Source: an uncultured Gammaproteobacteria bacterium (GTDB lineage Bacteria; Pseudomonadota; Gammaproteobacteria; Pseudomonadales; JAHEGP01). Taken from it: a stretch of DNA of 64,000 nucleotides. Below, piece by piece: positions 33,483 to 40,902 of the stretch. Positions within the stretch are counted from its first letter, which is position 1; every line of letters begins with the position of its first letter. Both the position numbers and the translations under genes were made by a program. Under the pieces are notes generated by a model, which ran no database searches, was not told the DNA's origin, and was given only the letters and a program-made list of their open reading frames with translations. The stretch is from positions 2,007 through 66,006 of the forward strand of contig CAWEHR010000005.1 in assembly GCA_963808975.1 (NCBI GenBank), read 5' to 3'.

Positions 33483-33573
33483 ATATTTTGGGTCAGAGTA
33501 GAATGGCACTTACTAAGCCTAAGCCGCTGAAATACTGAAGGAAAAATGATCGACCTCGATGGTAAGGGGATTA

Positions 33574-33591
33574 AGGGTCAGGTCACGAATT
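33574..33591. repeat. Inverted copy of the RAYT-flanking motif
   Basis: AGGGTCAGGTCACGAATT is the reverse complement, at 17 of 18 positions, of AATTCGCGACCTGACCCT. That sequence is the core of the triple repeat at 34457-34553. This copy overlaps the transposase stop codon. Confidence 0.5.
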
Positions 33592-34431
33592 ATTACCCTT
33601 GCGGACGATTACTCCTACTGTGCTCGGGTGTAATTGAAAATACTCACCAATTTCTCGTTGACTGTAAGCACCCGTTGAGTAAGCGGTAATAATCGCGGCG
33701 TCCCTTCCTTTGGTTGCCTGCACTATCTCGGCCAAAGGCGGTGCTAAAGGTCGTTTTTGCTTTTGCGGTATATTCACATCGTCTTTTTCCTTGCCGATTT
33801 TTCGCTGCATACTGGACATGAAGGCTTCATCACCAAGATAAATTTGCCCTTTCAAGTCTGACCAGATATCGAGCTTGCTTTGAATCCCTTCGGCTACAAA
33901 TTGCCAATATTTTTTCATAGAACGTTCTTTTCGTGTTCCGAATTGGGATAACAACCAATCAGTTGTCAGCCAATCTGGTTGCGGCGCAACTCCAACCATT
34001 GCCAGGTAACTACTCCAAGGCCAATCTTCGATACGGTCAACCATTCCCTTGGCTCTCACTGGGTTAAGGACTACATACCGGGCAAGTTCGAGCAAATAAC
34101 TTTCCTTGTCAACCAGGATCGCCTTGTATCAGCCCTGAAAAAGGTGTCCACTACGTTTGTGCCGGCGGTTTGACGCTTGGGTATACACGCCATTGAGCTG
34201 ACGCATACCTTTCGATAAATTGCCGTCGAGGGTTTCGATGATCAGATGGTAGTGGTTGCCCATCAAACAATAGCCATGACATAACCAGTTATAATCTCTC
34301 ACGACGGCGCCTAAGATTTCGAGGAATTTCTCTCGGTCGTCATCGTCTTCATAGATATCTTCTCTACGATCTCCACGCGAAGTCACATGATAAAGAGCAT
34401 TCGGAAATTCGAGCCGCAGTGGTCTAGTCAT
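33583..34431 (-). pseudogene. Y1 (HUH) transposase, IS200/RAYT-like with C-terminal HTH, interrupted by an in-frame TGA
   Basis: MTRPLRLEFPNALYHVTSRG...CLMGNHYHLIIET...SGHLFQG-TGA(34129-34131)-YKAILVDKESYLLELARYVVLNPV... The sequence is in frame across the stop. Homologues typically have Arg there (QGRYKA). Confidence 0.75.
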
Positions 34432-34456
34432 ACTTCTGAAGTGGACACCCTTTATG

Positions 34457-34553
34457 CGCAATTCGCGACCTGACCCTACAGCCCCCCTTTATTCGCAATT
34501 CGCGACCTGACCCTACAGCCGCTTTTCGCAATTCGCGACCTGACCCTACAGCC
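34457..34553 (+). repeat. Three tandem copies of a 27-bp direct repeat upstream of the Y1 transposase
   Basis: CGCAATTCGCGACCTGACCCTACAGCC occurs at 34457-34483, 34494-34520 and 34527-34553, with periods of 37 and 33 bp. Confidence 0.85.
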
Positions 34554-34790
34554 GCTACAGCCGGTGGAAATGATAGGGTGAGGAGGAGTCCATCCCATTG
34601 CTCTAAGCGAAGCCCCGCAGGGCGGGCCTCTGGCGCCCATTGGACAAGGGGGCGGCCATCCGCTTGCGCCACTCGTCAAGGACAACCAGCCTTGACCTTC
34701 GCGGCGCGCCTTGCCAATGAACGCCAGAGGCTCCGCTGAAGCATTACCGAATTGATCAGAGTTGCCCTAATTGTTCTATACACCCGTGAC

Positions 34791-35522
34791 TTATCTATGT
34801 CGGTATAAGAAATCCCAATTTCTGCAAACGCCTCTTCCAGTATCACCGCCATCACGAGTTTCCACACCCCAATTACCATTCCAGTCCAAAGTAAATTTGA
34901 TGAACCTTGGATAGTGCGTACCTTCACCTCCATACGCGTATACGTCCAGTTCGAGATGGTTAGCATGAAAGACGGAATGCACTGGATATGCAGCGTCAAT
35001 ATATCTGCCTTCAGGCACTTCGCACACGACACTTAAAATTCCGCCCGCTTTTATCGCAGTAAACCGCTGCCACCTATCGGGCCTTGCTTCATCTCTGTCA
35101 AAGTCGGTAAACGTCCAGTCGTTATATCCTTGTAAAGGATATAACGGCCTGCCGACATATTGTACTGCGGGCACGAAATGAGCTTCGAGTGATACTCCTT
35201 CGATGCTTTGTCCATACATACTTGATATAACTTTGCCAGGTACATCAAAAGTACAGACTTGTCGTTCTTCGTTTAGATGTTCAGGTGCAGTTGGGCAATT
35301 GTTCCAATGGGAAAATTTCCATCCCTCATAAGGTCGGGCGGTATAAGTTTCTGTGTAATCGCCAATCACGACAGCTTTGCAGCGCTCCGGAAAGTCGCCT
35401 GAATTCTCACAGTTTCTAGTGCCGCTAGAAGAGATCACCGAACCCTTTCCATGCACGGCTATTCCGTGTTCGCAGCCGAAAAGTATTGCAGACAGAAAAA
35501 CTACGACTAAACGAAACAGCAT
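34791..35522 (-). CDS. Hypothetical lipoprotein
   Basis: The start is set at MLFRLVVVFLSAILFGC, a signal peptide with a lipobox. The segment is visibly AT-richer than its surroundings. I am not confident of any homology. The track ORF (304 aa) fuses it artificially to transposase-derived sequence. Confidence 0.5.
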   Translation of the reverse strand: MLFRLVVVFLSAILFGCEHGIAVHGKGSVISSSGTRNCENSGDFPERCKAVVIGDYTETYTARPYEGWKFSHWNNCPTAPEHLNEERQVCTFDVPGKVISSMYGQSIEGVSLEAHFVPAVQYVGRPLYPLQGYNDWTFTDFDRDEARPDRWQRFTAIKAGGILSVVCEVPEGRYIDAAYPVHSVFHANHLELDVYAYGGEGTHYPRFIKFTLDWNGNWGVETRDGGDTGRGVCRNWDFLYRHR

Positions 35523-35597
35523 CAGCACCACCCTCGTACAAGAACGTCGCTTATAGATGCAATTGTGCGGAATCAGGCCTATTGAGACATTGACCGG

Positions 35598-35928
35598 GGT
35601 CAACAAGTGGGTGGAGATTACCCGCTGAACAATGCCCAGCACCTTACCCATGAGCTCTGGGTAACTGGCCAGTAGTAACCGGAGCTGGAACGGAAAACTC
35701 AACACCTACTGGCGAATCGGCTGATGGGGCAGAACATCGTCGACCAGCAGCGCGGCACTCTCGGCCATCCGTCTGGCGCCACAGCTGGGACAAATGCCGC
35801 GTCGCTCGCTTAAGGCGCCTACTTTTGGTACAACTGAAAGCCACCAGGCGCTCGTGATGACAGCCCTCGCAGCGCACACGTAAAAAGCCATGTTCCAAGC
35901 GACCGCACTGGAGGTAGTCGTCGAATTC
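35598..35928 (-). pseudogene. IS91-family-like transposase, N-proximal fragment (zinc-ribbon region)
   Basis: EFDDYLQCGRLEHGFLRVRCEGCHHERLVAFSC, a frameshift, then GICPSCGARRMAESAALLVDDVLPHQPIRQ. An in-frame TAG at 35706-35708 is followed by VLSFPFQLRLLLASYPELMGKVLGIVQRVISTHLL. Similarity ends near 35598. Confidence 0.6.
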
Positions 35929-35929
35929 C

Positions 35930-36323
35930 CTCGCTGCCGCAACTGTACAACCTGCTGGCGGGGGACATGAGCCTGGTGGGTCCACGTCCCATGCCGGGGG
36001 TCCACGTGGACGCCCTCGACAGCGCAACACGTGCGACATTGCTCTCGGTACGCCCGGGAGTGACCGACCCCGCCTCAGTCCTGTTTTTCGCCGAGGATGC
36101 GGTATTGGCCGGGCGGCCCGATGCGGAGGCACAGTACCTGCGCGTGCTGCTCCCCGCCAAGGCCCGGGTGCAGGTGGAGTACCTGCGCCACTGGCATCCT
36201 TGGCGGGACGTCAGCGTCATTTTCCAGGCGCTGGCATGGGTCTGGTCACCTGCAGCGCGGCATGACTCCAGGCGGCGCGTTCGGGAGATACTCTCGGGTG
36301 GTGCGCAGGAGGAAGATCGGTAA
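35930..36323 (+). pseudogene. Bacterial sugar transferase (polyprenyl-phosphate glycosyl-phosphotransferase) C-terminal fragment
   Basis: LPQLYNLLAGDMSLVGPRP...RPGVTDPASV. Only the C-terminal roughly 130 aa are present. It abuts the transposase fragment. Confidence 0.6.
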
Positions 36324-36346
36324 CCCCGGGTTCAGCCCGCTGTGCG

Positions 36347-38128
36347 TTAATGGAAGGGCCAGATAAACGGGGACAGGGCGACAGTTACCAGGCCCAGCAC
36401 GATATTGAGCGGCAATCCAATCCGCAGGTAGTCGGAAAAACGGTAGCCACCGGGCCCATACACCATCAGGTTGGTCTGGTAGCCGATGGGCGTCGCAAAG
36501 CTTGCCGACGCCGCCAGCATCAGCACCGCGATGAATGGCCACAGTGAGACGCCCATCGCCGCCGCCGTGGCCTGAGCAATCGGGAACATCAGCACCGCCG
36601 CCGCATTATTGGTGATTACCTCGGTCATGATACTGGTGAGCGCATATATCATCAGCAGCACCAGCCAGGGCCGCTGGCCTGCCAGGTCCAGACCAACGTG
36701 TGCGATCGCCTGGGCCGCCCCGCTGACTTCCATCGCCGATCCCAGGCCCAGCGACGCGCCAATCACCACCAGCACCGACCAGTCGATACTGGCCCTGGCC
36801 GAGCCTGCCGTGGTGCACTGGGTGACCAGCATCAGTCCGCCCGCCAGCAGGGCCGCCTCCAACATCGACAGCCAGCCCGCTGTTGCCGCCACCACCATGA
36901 CAACCAGGATAGACGTGGCCAGCCAGGCGCGATCGTGGCGCGGCACGGCATCGCCTCGCAGGGGATGGATCAGCAGGAAATCCCGGTTGTGCTGGTGTTG
37001 CTGGAAAAATGTGGGGCGCGCTTCCAGCAGCAGGGTATCACCGGGGTGCAGCACGATATCGCCGATCCGGCCTTCGATTCGCGCCCCATTGTGCGCCGCC
37101 GCGATGACGACCGCCTCGTAATGGGAGCGAAACTTGGCATCGCGAATGGTCTGCCCAACCATCGGACAGGTTGCGGAGATGACCACCTCGATGAGTTGTC
37201 GATTGCTGCGGGGGGTCGCCAGGTCGTGCCGGTTCTCAGTCACCGGGGTAAGCCCCGGCTGGCGCACCAGCTCAATCACCGAATGCACGGCGCCGACAAA
37301 TACCAGCCGATCATCGGCCTTTAGCACCTCGGTGGGTGGCACCGCCACCAGCATATTGTCATCGCGCCAGATGCCGGACAGGAAGACCCCGGGCAGGTGG
37401 CGCAAACCGGCGCGCTCGATGCTCCTGCCCACGAGGGGGCCGCCCCGCTCGACCTTGAACTCGATCGTATATTCACGCGCGCTCTCGCTGAGTTGCAGCG
37501 GGGGAATGCGCTCCGGCAGCAACCACCGCTGGGTGAGCAGGACAAAAAAGAAGCCGACCACCGCAACGGGCAATCCCACCGCTGCGATTTCAAAGAAGCC
37601 CATGGGTCCGAGCTCCGTGTGCTCCAACACCAGCCCGTGGACCACCAGGTTGGTACTGGTGCCGATCAGCGTGCAACAACCCCCCAGGATTGCGGCGTAA
37701 CTCAGGGGCAGCATGAGCTTGGATACCGAGAGGTGATGCCGTCGACACCATTCCTCCACCACCGGCACCAACATGGCCACCACCGGGGTGTTGTTCAGGA
37801 ACGCACTGATGCCCATCACCGGCACCATCATTCGCGTTTGCGCGCCGACGATACTGCGCGGCCGCCCGAGCAACCTGGCCCCGAACACCTGCACCGCTCC
37901 GGTATCGACCAGGCCGGCAACCACGACATACAGGACCGCGACCGTCGCCAGGCCGGGATTGGCGAATCCCGACAGGGCCTGGTGAGTATCCAGGACCCCG
38001 AACAGCAACAGGCTGGCCAGTGCCCCCACCATGACGATTTCCGGGGAGAACCGATTGCTGACCAGGCACGCGAGGCTTGCTGCCACGACAAGCAAGGTGA
38101 GCCAGGCATCGGGGGACATGGCCGCCAT
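36347..38128 (-). CDS. SLC13/DASS-type permease with two central TrkA-C (RCK_C) domains
   Basis: 593 aa and polytopic. Two TrkA-C-like soluble segments lie in the middle (GPLVGRSIERAGLRHLPGVFLSGIWRDD... and CPMVGQTIRDAKFRSHYEAVVIAAAHNG...). Confidence 0.85.
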   Translation of the reverse strand: MAAMSPDAWLTLLVVAASLACLVSNRFSPEIVMVGALASLLLFGVLDTHQALSGFANPGLATVAVLYVVVAGLVDTGAVQVFGARLLGRPRSIVGAQTRMMVPVMGISAFLNNTPVVAMLVPVVEEWCRRHHLSVSKLMLPLSYAAILGGCCTLIGTSTNLVVHGLVLEHTELGPMGFFEIAAVGLPVAVVGFFFVLLTQRWLLPERIPPLQLSESAREYTIEFKVERGGPLVGRSIERAGLRHLPGVFLSGIWRDDNMLVAVPPTEVLKADDRLVFVGAVHSVIELVRQPGLTPVTENRHDLATPRSNRQLIEVVISATCPMVGQTIRDAKFRSHYEAVVIAAAHNGARIEGRIGDIVLHPGDTLLLEARPTFFQQHQHNRDFLLIHPLRGDAVPRHDRAWLATSILVVMVVAATAGWLSMLEAALLAGGLMLVTQCTTAGSARASIDWSVLVVIGASLGLGSAMEVSGAAQAIAHVGLDLAGQRPWLVLLMIYALTSIMTEVITNNAAAVLMFPIAQATAAAMGVSLWPFIAVLMLAASASFATPIGYQTNLMVYGPGGYRFSDYLRIGLPLNIVLGLVTVALSPFIWPFH

Positions 38129-39066
38129 TACGGCCGCGCATCCTCACCCGGCGCAACCTCCGGGAGGGGGAACAATTCCTCCCGCTGCGCGTCGAGGGTC
38201 AGGAGCAGGCTGGAGGCGATATAGATGGACGAGTAGGTCCCCACCCCGATACCGACAATCAGGGCGACGGAGAAGCCGAACAGGGCCTCCCCGCCTAACA
38301 GGCACATCGCAGCCAACACCAGCAGTGTCGTGAAGGAGGTAGCCAGTGTGCGGTCCAGGGTGGACGATATCGCCGTGTTGATGACCTGGCTAGTGTCCAG
38401 TTTGCGCGTCGTGCGAAAGACCTCCCGGATACGGTCGAACACCACGATCGTATCGTTGATCGAGTAGCCGATGACCGCCAGGATTGCCGCCAGCACGGGC
38501 AGGCTGAACTCCCAACGGGTCACCGAGAAGCAGCCCAGGGTAATGATGACGTCGTGGACCAGGGCCAGCAGGGCACCGGCGGCAAACTTGAGCTGGAAAC
38601 GGAAGGTGATATACAGCGCCACCAGGCCCAGCGCCAACAGTATTGCCAACCCGCCACGCTCGCGCAATTCCTCGCCCGTGGACGGCCCCACATATTCCAT
38701 GCCGAGCAGTTGTATGCCCGGGTCTATACTGTCCTGGAATTCCTCGACCAGCTTGTCACCCAGCAGGGGGTCATTGTCTACCGCCAGCCGAACCATCACC
38801 TCCGTATCACTGCCGACGGCGACCACCGATGCATTCCGGTAGCCGTTCGCGTCCAGCTGCTGCCGGATGCTGTCCACCGGGTTTGTCCCGGGGGCAACCC
38901 GGGGGAAATCCAGTTGGAGCGAGACACCGCCGGTGAAATCGAGTCCGAAGTTGAGCCCCTGGACGACCAGCGACACCAGCGACCCGGTGACCAGCACCAG
39001 TGAAAGGAGCGACACCGCGAGGCGCCGGCCCATAAAATCCATCGGTCCCTTACGCACAGCAAACAT
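38128..39066 (-). CDS. secF: Protein translocase subunit SecF (no adjacent secD)
   Basis: 312 aa. Contains GLNFGLDFTGG, YVGPSTGEELR, HDVIITLG, GYSINDTIVVFDRIRE and GTYSSIYIAS. The stop TAA shares one nucleotide with the ATG of the downstream permease (TAATG). Confidence 0.9.
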   Translation of the reverse strand: MFAVRKGPMDFMGRRLAVSLLSLVLVTGSLVSLVVQGLNFGLDFTGGVSLQLDFPRVAPGTNPVDSIRQQLDANGYRNASVVAVGSDTEVMVRLAVDNDPLLGDKLVEEFQDSIDPGIQLLGMEYVGPSTGEELRERGGLAILLALGLVALYITFRFQLKFAAGALLALVHDVIITLGCFSVTRWEFSLPVLAAILAVIGYSINDTIVVFDRIREVFRTTRKLDTSQVINTAISSTLDRTLATSFTTLLVLAAMCLLGGEALFGFSVALIVGIGVGTYSSIYIASSLLLTLDAQREELFPLPEVAPGEDARP

Positions 39067-39081
39067 CTCTCAAGCCTCTTT

Positions 39082-39132
39082 TTTACTCATGGGTAAGCGC
39101 GCAGTGATGCGGGGCGCTTACCCGTGAGTAAA
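39082..39132. repeat. 19-bp-arm near-perfect inverted repeat in the secF leader
   Basis: TTTACTCATGGGTAAGCGC-(13 nt)-GCGCTTACCCGTGAGTAAA, with 18 of 19 positions paired. It ends 16 nt upstream of the secF ATG. Confidence 0.6.
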
Positions 39133-39295
39133 GCTCCGGTAAGGGCAGAAATGGTCGCTGGTTCACAATGCTGGTTTGCGGGTTAGCGTGAAAAAGTGCT
39201 GGCTCAACCTGTCAGCGCGCCGGTGTAGCGCCGTCGCGACATCGCGGGCGCGACCGGGAGGCAGGGAGTGCAAGTGGTATGAGCATAATCGCCTG

Positions 39296-39325
39296 GTGCA
39301 AACAAGGCCCGCCACAGGGCGGGCC
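39296..39325 (-). terminator. Candidate terminator after the CaCA antiporter gene
   Basis: The minus strand reads GGCCCGCC-CTGT-GGCGGGCC followed by TTGTTTG. Confidence 0.45.
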
Positions 39326-39366
39326 GCCGATGCGCGTATCATATAGCCGGAATAACGGGGCAGCAA

Positions 39367-39398
39367 TGGGCCCGGATAAAATTGGGCCCGGATAAAAT
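39367..39398. repeat. Perfect tandem duplication of a 16-mer
   Basis: TGGGCCCGGATAAAAT repeated twice with no spacer, in the CaCA-secF intergenic region. Confidence 0.85.
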
Positions 39399-39459
39399 CC
39401 ACGGGAATTCAGTCAAACTGTGAAAATTACCGGCAGCGACCCCACCCCCGGCAGGCCCG

Positions 39460-40422
39460 TCAGCCCCGTTGCACCACGTACACCATATAGGCGACATAGA
39501 CCGCCACGAATACCGCACCCCAACGGCGCGAAATGGTGGCGGCGCGGCTGCTCACAATGGCGAGCAAAATCAACAAGGTGGCCACGATGACCATGATGAT
39601 GTCGAAGTTGCTGATCACGTTGAACGGGAGCTCGTGGATACTTGAGGCCACGCCCACAATCCAGAGGATATTGAAGATGTTGGAACCCACAACATTGCCG
39701 ACCGCGATATCCGTCTCCTTGCGGTAGGCGGCCATGGCGGACGCCACCAGTTCGGGCAGGGAAGTGCCAATCGCGACAATCGTCAGCCCGATCAGCGCTT
39801 CGTCAACGCCCCACTCTTTGGCCAGGGCCACGGCGCCATCGACAGCCCACAGGCCGCCGAAATACAGGCCCGCCACGCCGAGCAGGATAAACACGATCGA
39901 CCGCACCAACGATGCCTCGGACAGGGATTCCCGACCATCAACACCGTCATTGTCACTTTTCGATATCGAGTAGATGTAGAGCATGAAGAGCAGGAAAAAT
40001 CCCAGCAGGATTGCGCCATCGAGACGACTGATACTCAGTTCATGCTTGGGGCTAAACAGGGCGGCATTGGCAAGAAAACCGAGCAGGATAGCCGCGCTGA
40101 GAGAGAAAGGAATCTCCGAGACCACCGTCGAGCTTTGCACTCGAAGCGGGTAGATCAGAGCGGCCACCCCCAGCACTACCAGTATGTTGAAGATATTGCT
40201 GCCCAGTACATTGGCGACAGCGAGATCCGCATTGCCTCGTGCCGCGGCGACGACACTGACCAGCATCTCCGGCATGGAGGTGCCAAATGACACGACCGTC
40301 AGCCCGATCATCAGGGGAGATACGCCGTATCTTGCGGCGATGGAGGAGGCGCCCTTCACCAGGAAATCCGCTCCCAAAAGCAGCAAAACGAGGCCCAGCA
40401 GGATCAACAGTGCATCAGTCAT
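39460..40422 (-). CDS. CaCA-family cation/Ca2+ antiporter (YrbG-like)
   Basis: 320 aa. Contains two alpha-repeats (GTSMPEMLVSVVAA...GSNIFNILVVLG and GTSLPELVASAMAA...GSNIFNILWIVG). Confidence 0.88.
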   Translation of the reverse strand: MTDALLILLGLVLLLLGADFLVKGASSIAARYGVSPLMIGLTVVSFGTSMPEMLVSVVAAARGNADLAVANVLGSNIFNILVVLGVAALIYPLRVQSSTVVSEIPFSLSAAILLGFLANAALFSPKHELSISRLDGAILLGFFLLFMLYIYSISKSDNDGVDGRESLSEASLVRSIVFILLGVAGLYFGGLWAVDGAVALAKEWGVDEALIGLTIVAIGTSLPELVASAMAAYRKETDIAVGNVVGSNIFNILWIVGVASSIHELPFNVISNFDIIMVIVATLLILLAIVSSRAATISRRWGAVFVAVYVAYMVYVVQRG

Positions 40423-40632
40423 GGATAAATGGTCTCAAGCTACAAGCCGACAGCAAAACTAACATATCTGCGTCAATTACTTGAGCACACTCCCTGAAAA
40501 ATTGAGGGCGGCCGGTGGGAGACCCCACGGATTGCGTGTGCCGCCCGCTGCCGGGTAAAGTCCACTGTGCTAGTCTCACCACTTTGCAGGTCGGCCCAAA
40601 CACGGGCCCGAGCGCCAACGGGAAGCCCCGCT

Positions 40633-40902
40633 ATGGAAAACTGGATGTCGGATTCCGTGGGAATGCTGGGAACGCTGCTGGTGGTTCTCGCCTATTTCCT
40701 CCTACAGCTGGAGCGGCTCAATCCACGCGGCCTGGGTTACAACCTGATCAACCTGCTGGGCGCTACCTGTCTCCTGTTCAGCCTGTTGTTCACCTTCAAC
40801 CTCGCCAGCTTCGTCATTGAGCTGTTCTGGATCGCCGCCTCACTGATCGGCCTGTGGAAGTTCCGGCAGCGCCAGACACGCGACAGTCAGTCTTCCAGCT
40901 GA
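40633..40902 (+). CDS. Small three-TM membrane protein (CBU_0592-like family, from memory)
   Basis: MENWMSDSVGMLGTLLVVLAYFLLQLERLNPRGLGYNLINLLGATCLLFSLLFTFNLASFVIELFWIAASLIG. Start moved to the ATG at 40633. Confidence 0.55.
   Translation: MENWMSDSVGMLGTLLVVLAYFLLQLERLNPRGLGYNLINLLGATCLLFSLLFTFNLASFVIELFWIAASLIGLWKFRQRQTRDSQSSS

Larger units (their letters stand above)
30826..34767. mobile_element. 3.9-kb transposase-less cassette bounded by Tn3-family-like IRs (IR-A / IR-C)
   Basis: IR-C at 34730-34767, reverse-complemented, is GGGCAACTCTGATCAATTCGGTAATGCTTCAGCGGAGC. It matches IR-A at 32 of 38 positions, and similarity continues about 25 bp further inward. No 5-bp target duplication is seen. 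Confidence 0.5.

Noticed and set aside
33547-33690. A 47-codon ORF with a good AAGGA RBS and three Cys, just downstream of the radical-SAM gene (MIDLDGKGIKGQVTNYYPCGRLLLLCSGV...), considered as a possible RiPP precursor.
   Set aside because: It lies almost entirely antisense to the conserved C-terminus of the Y1 transposase gene, in AT-richer DNA where short ORFs arise by chance. It has no leader- or core-like features that I recognise.
34457-34553. Three evenly spaced direct repeats, considered as a possible mini-CRISPR array.
   Set aside because: The repeats are 27 bp but the spacers are only 6-10 bp. There are only three units and no cas genes. An inverted copy flanks the other side of a Y1 transposase gene. 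I interpret this as a transposase-associated repeat instead.
39163-39402. A 79-aa ORF in the CaCA-secF spacer.
   Set aside because: It has no motifs or RBS, and it spans the hairpin and tandem-repeat sequences. Its composition looks non-coding.
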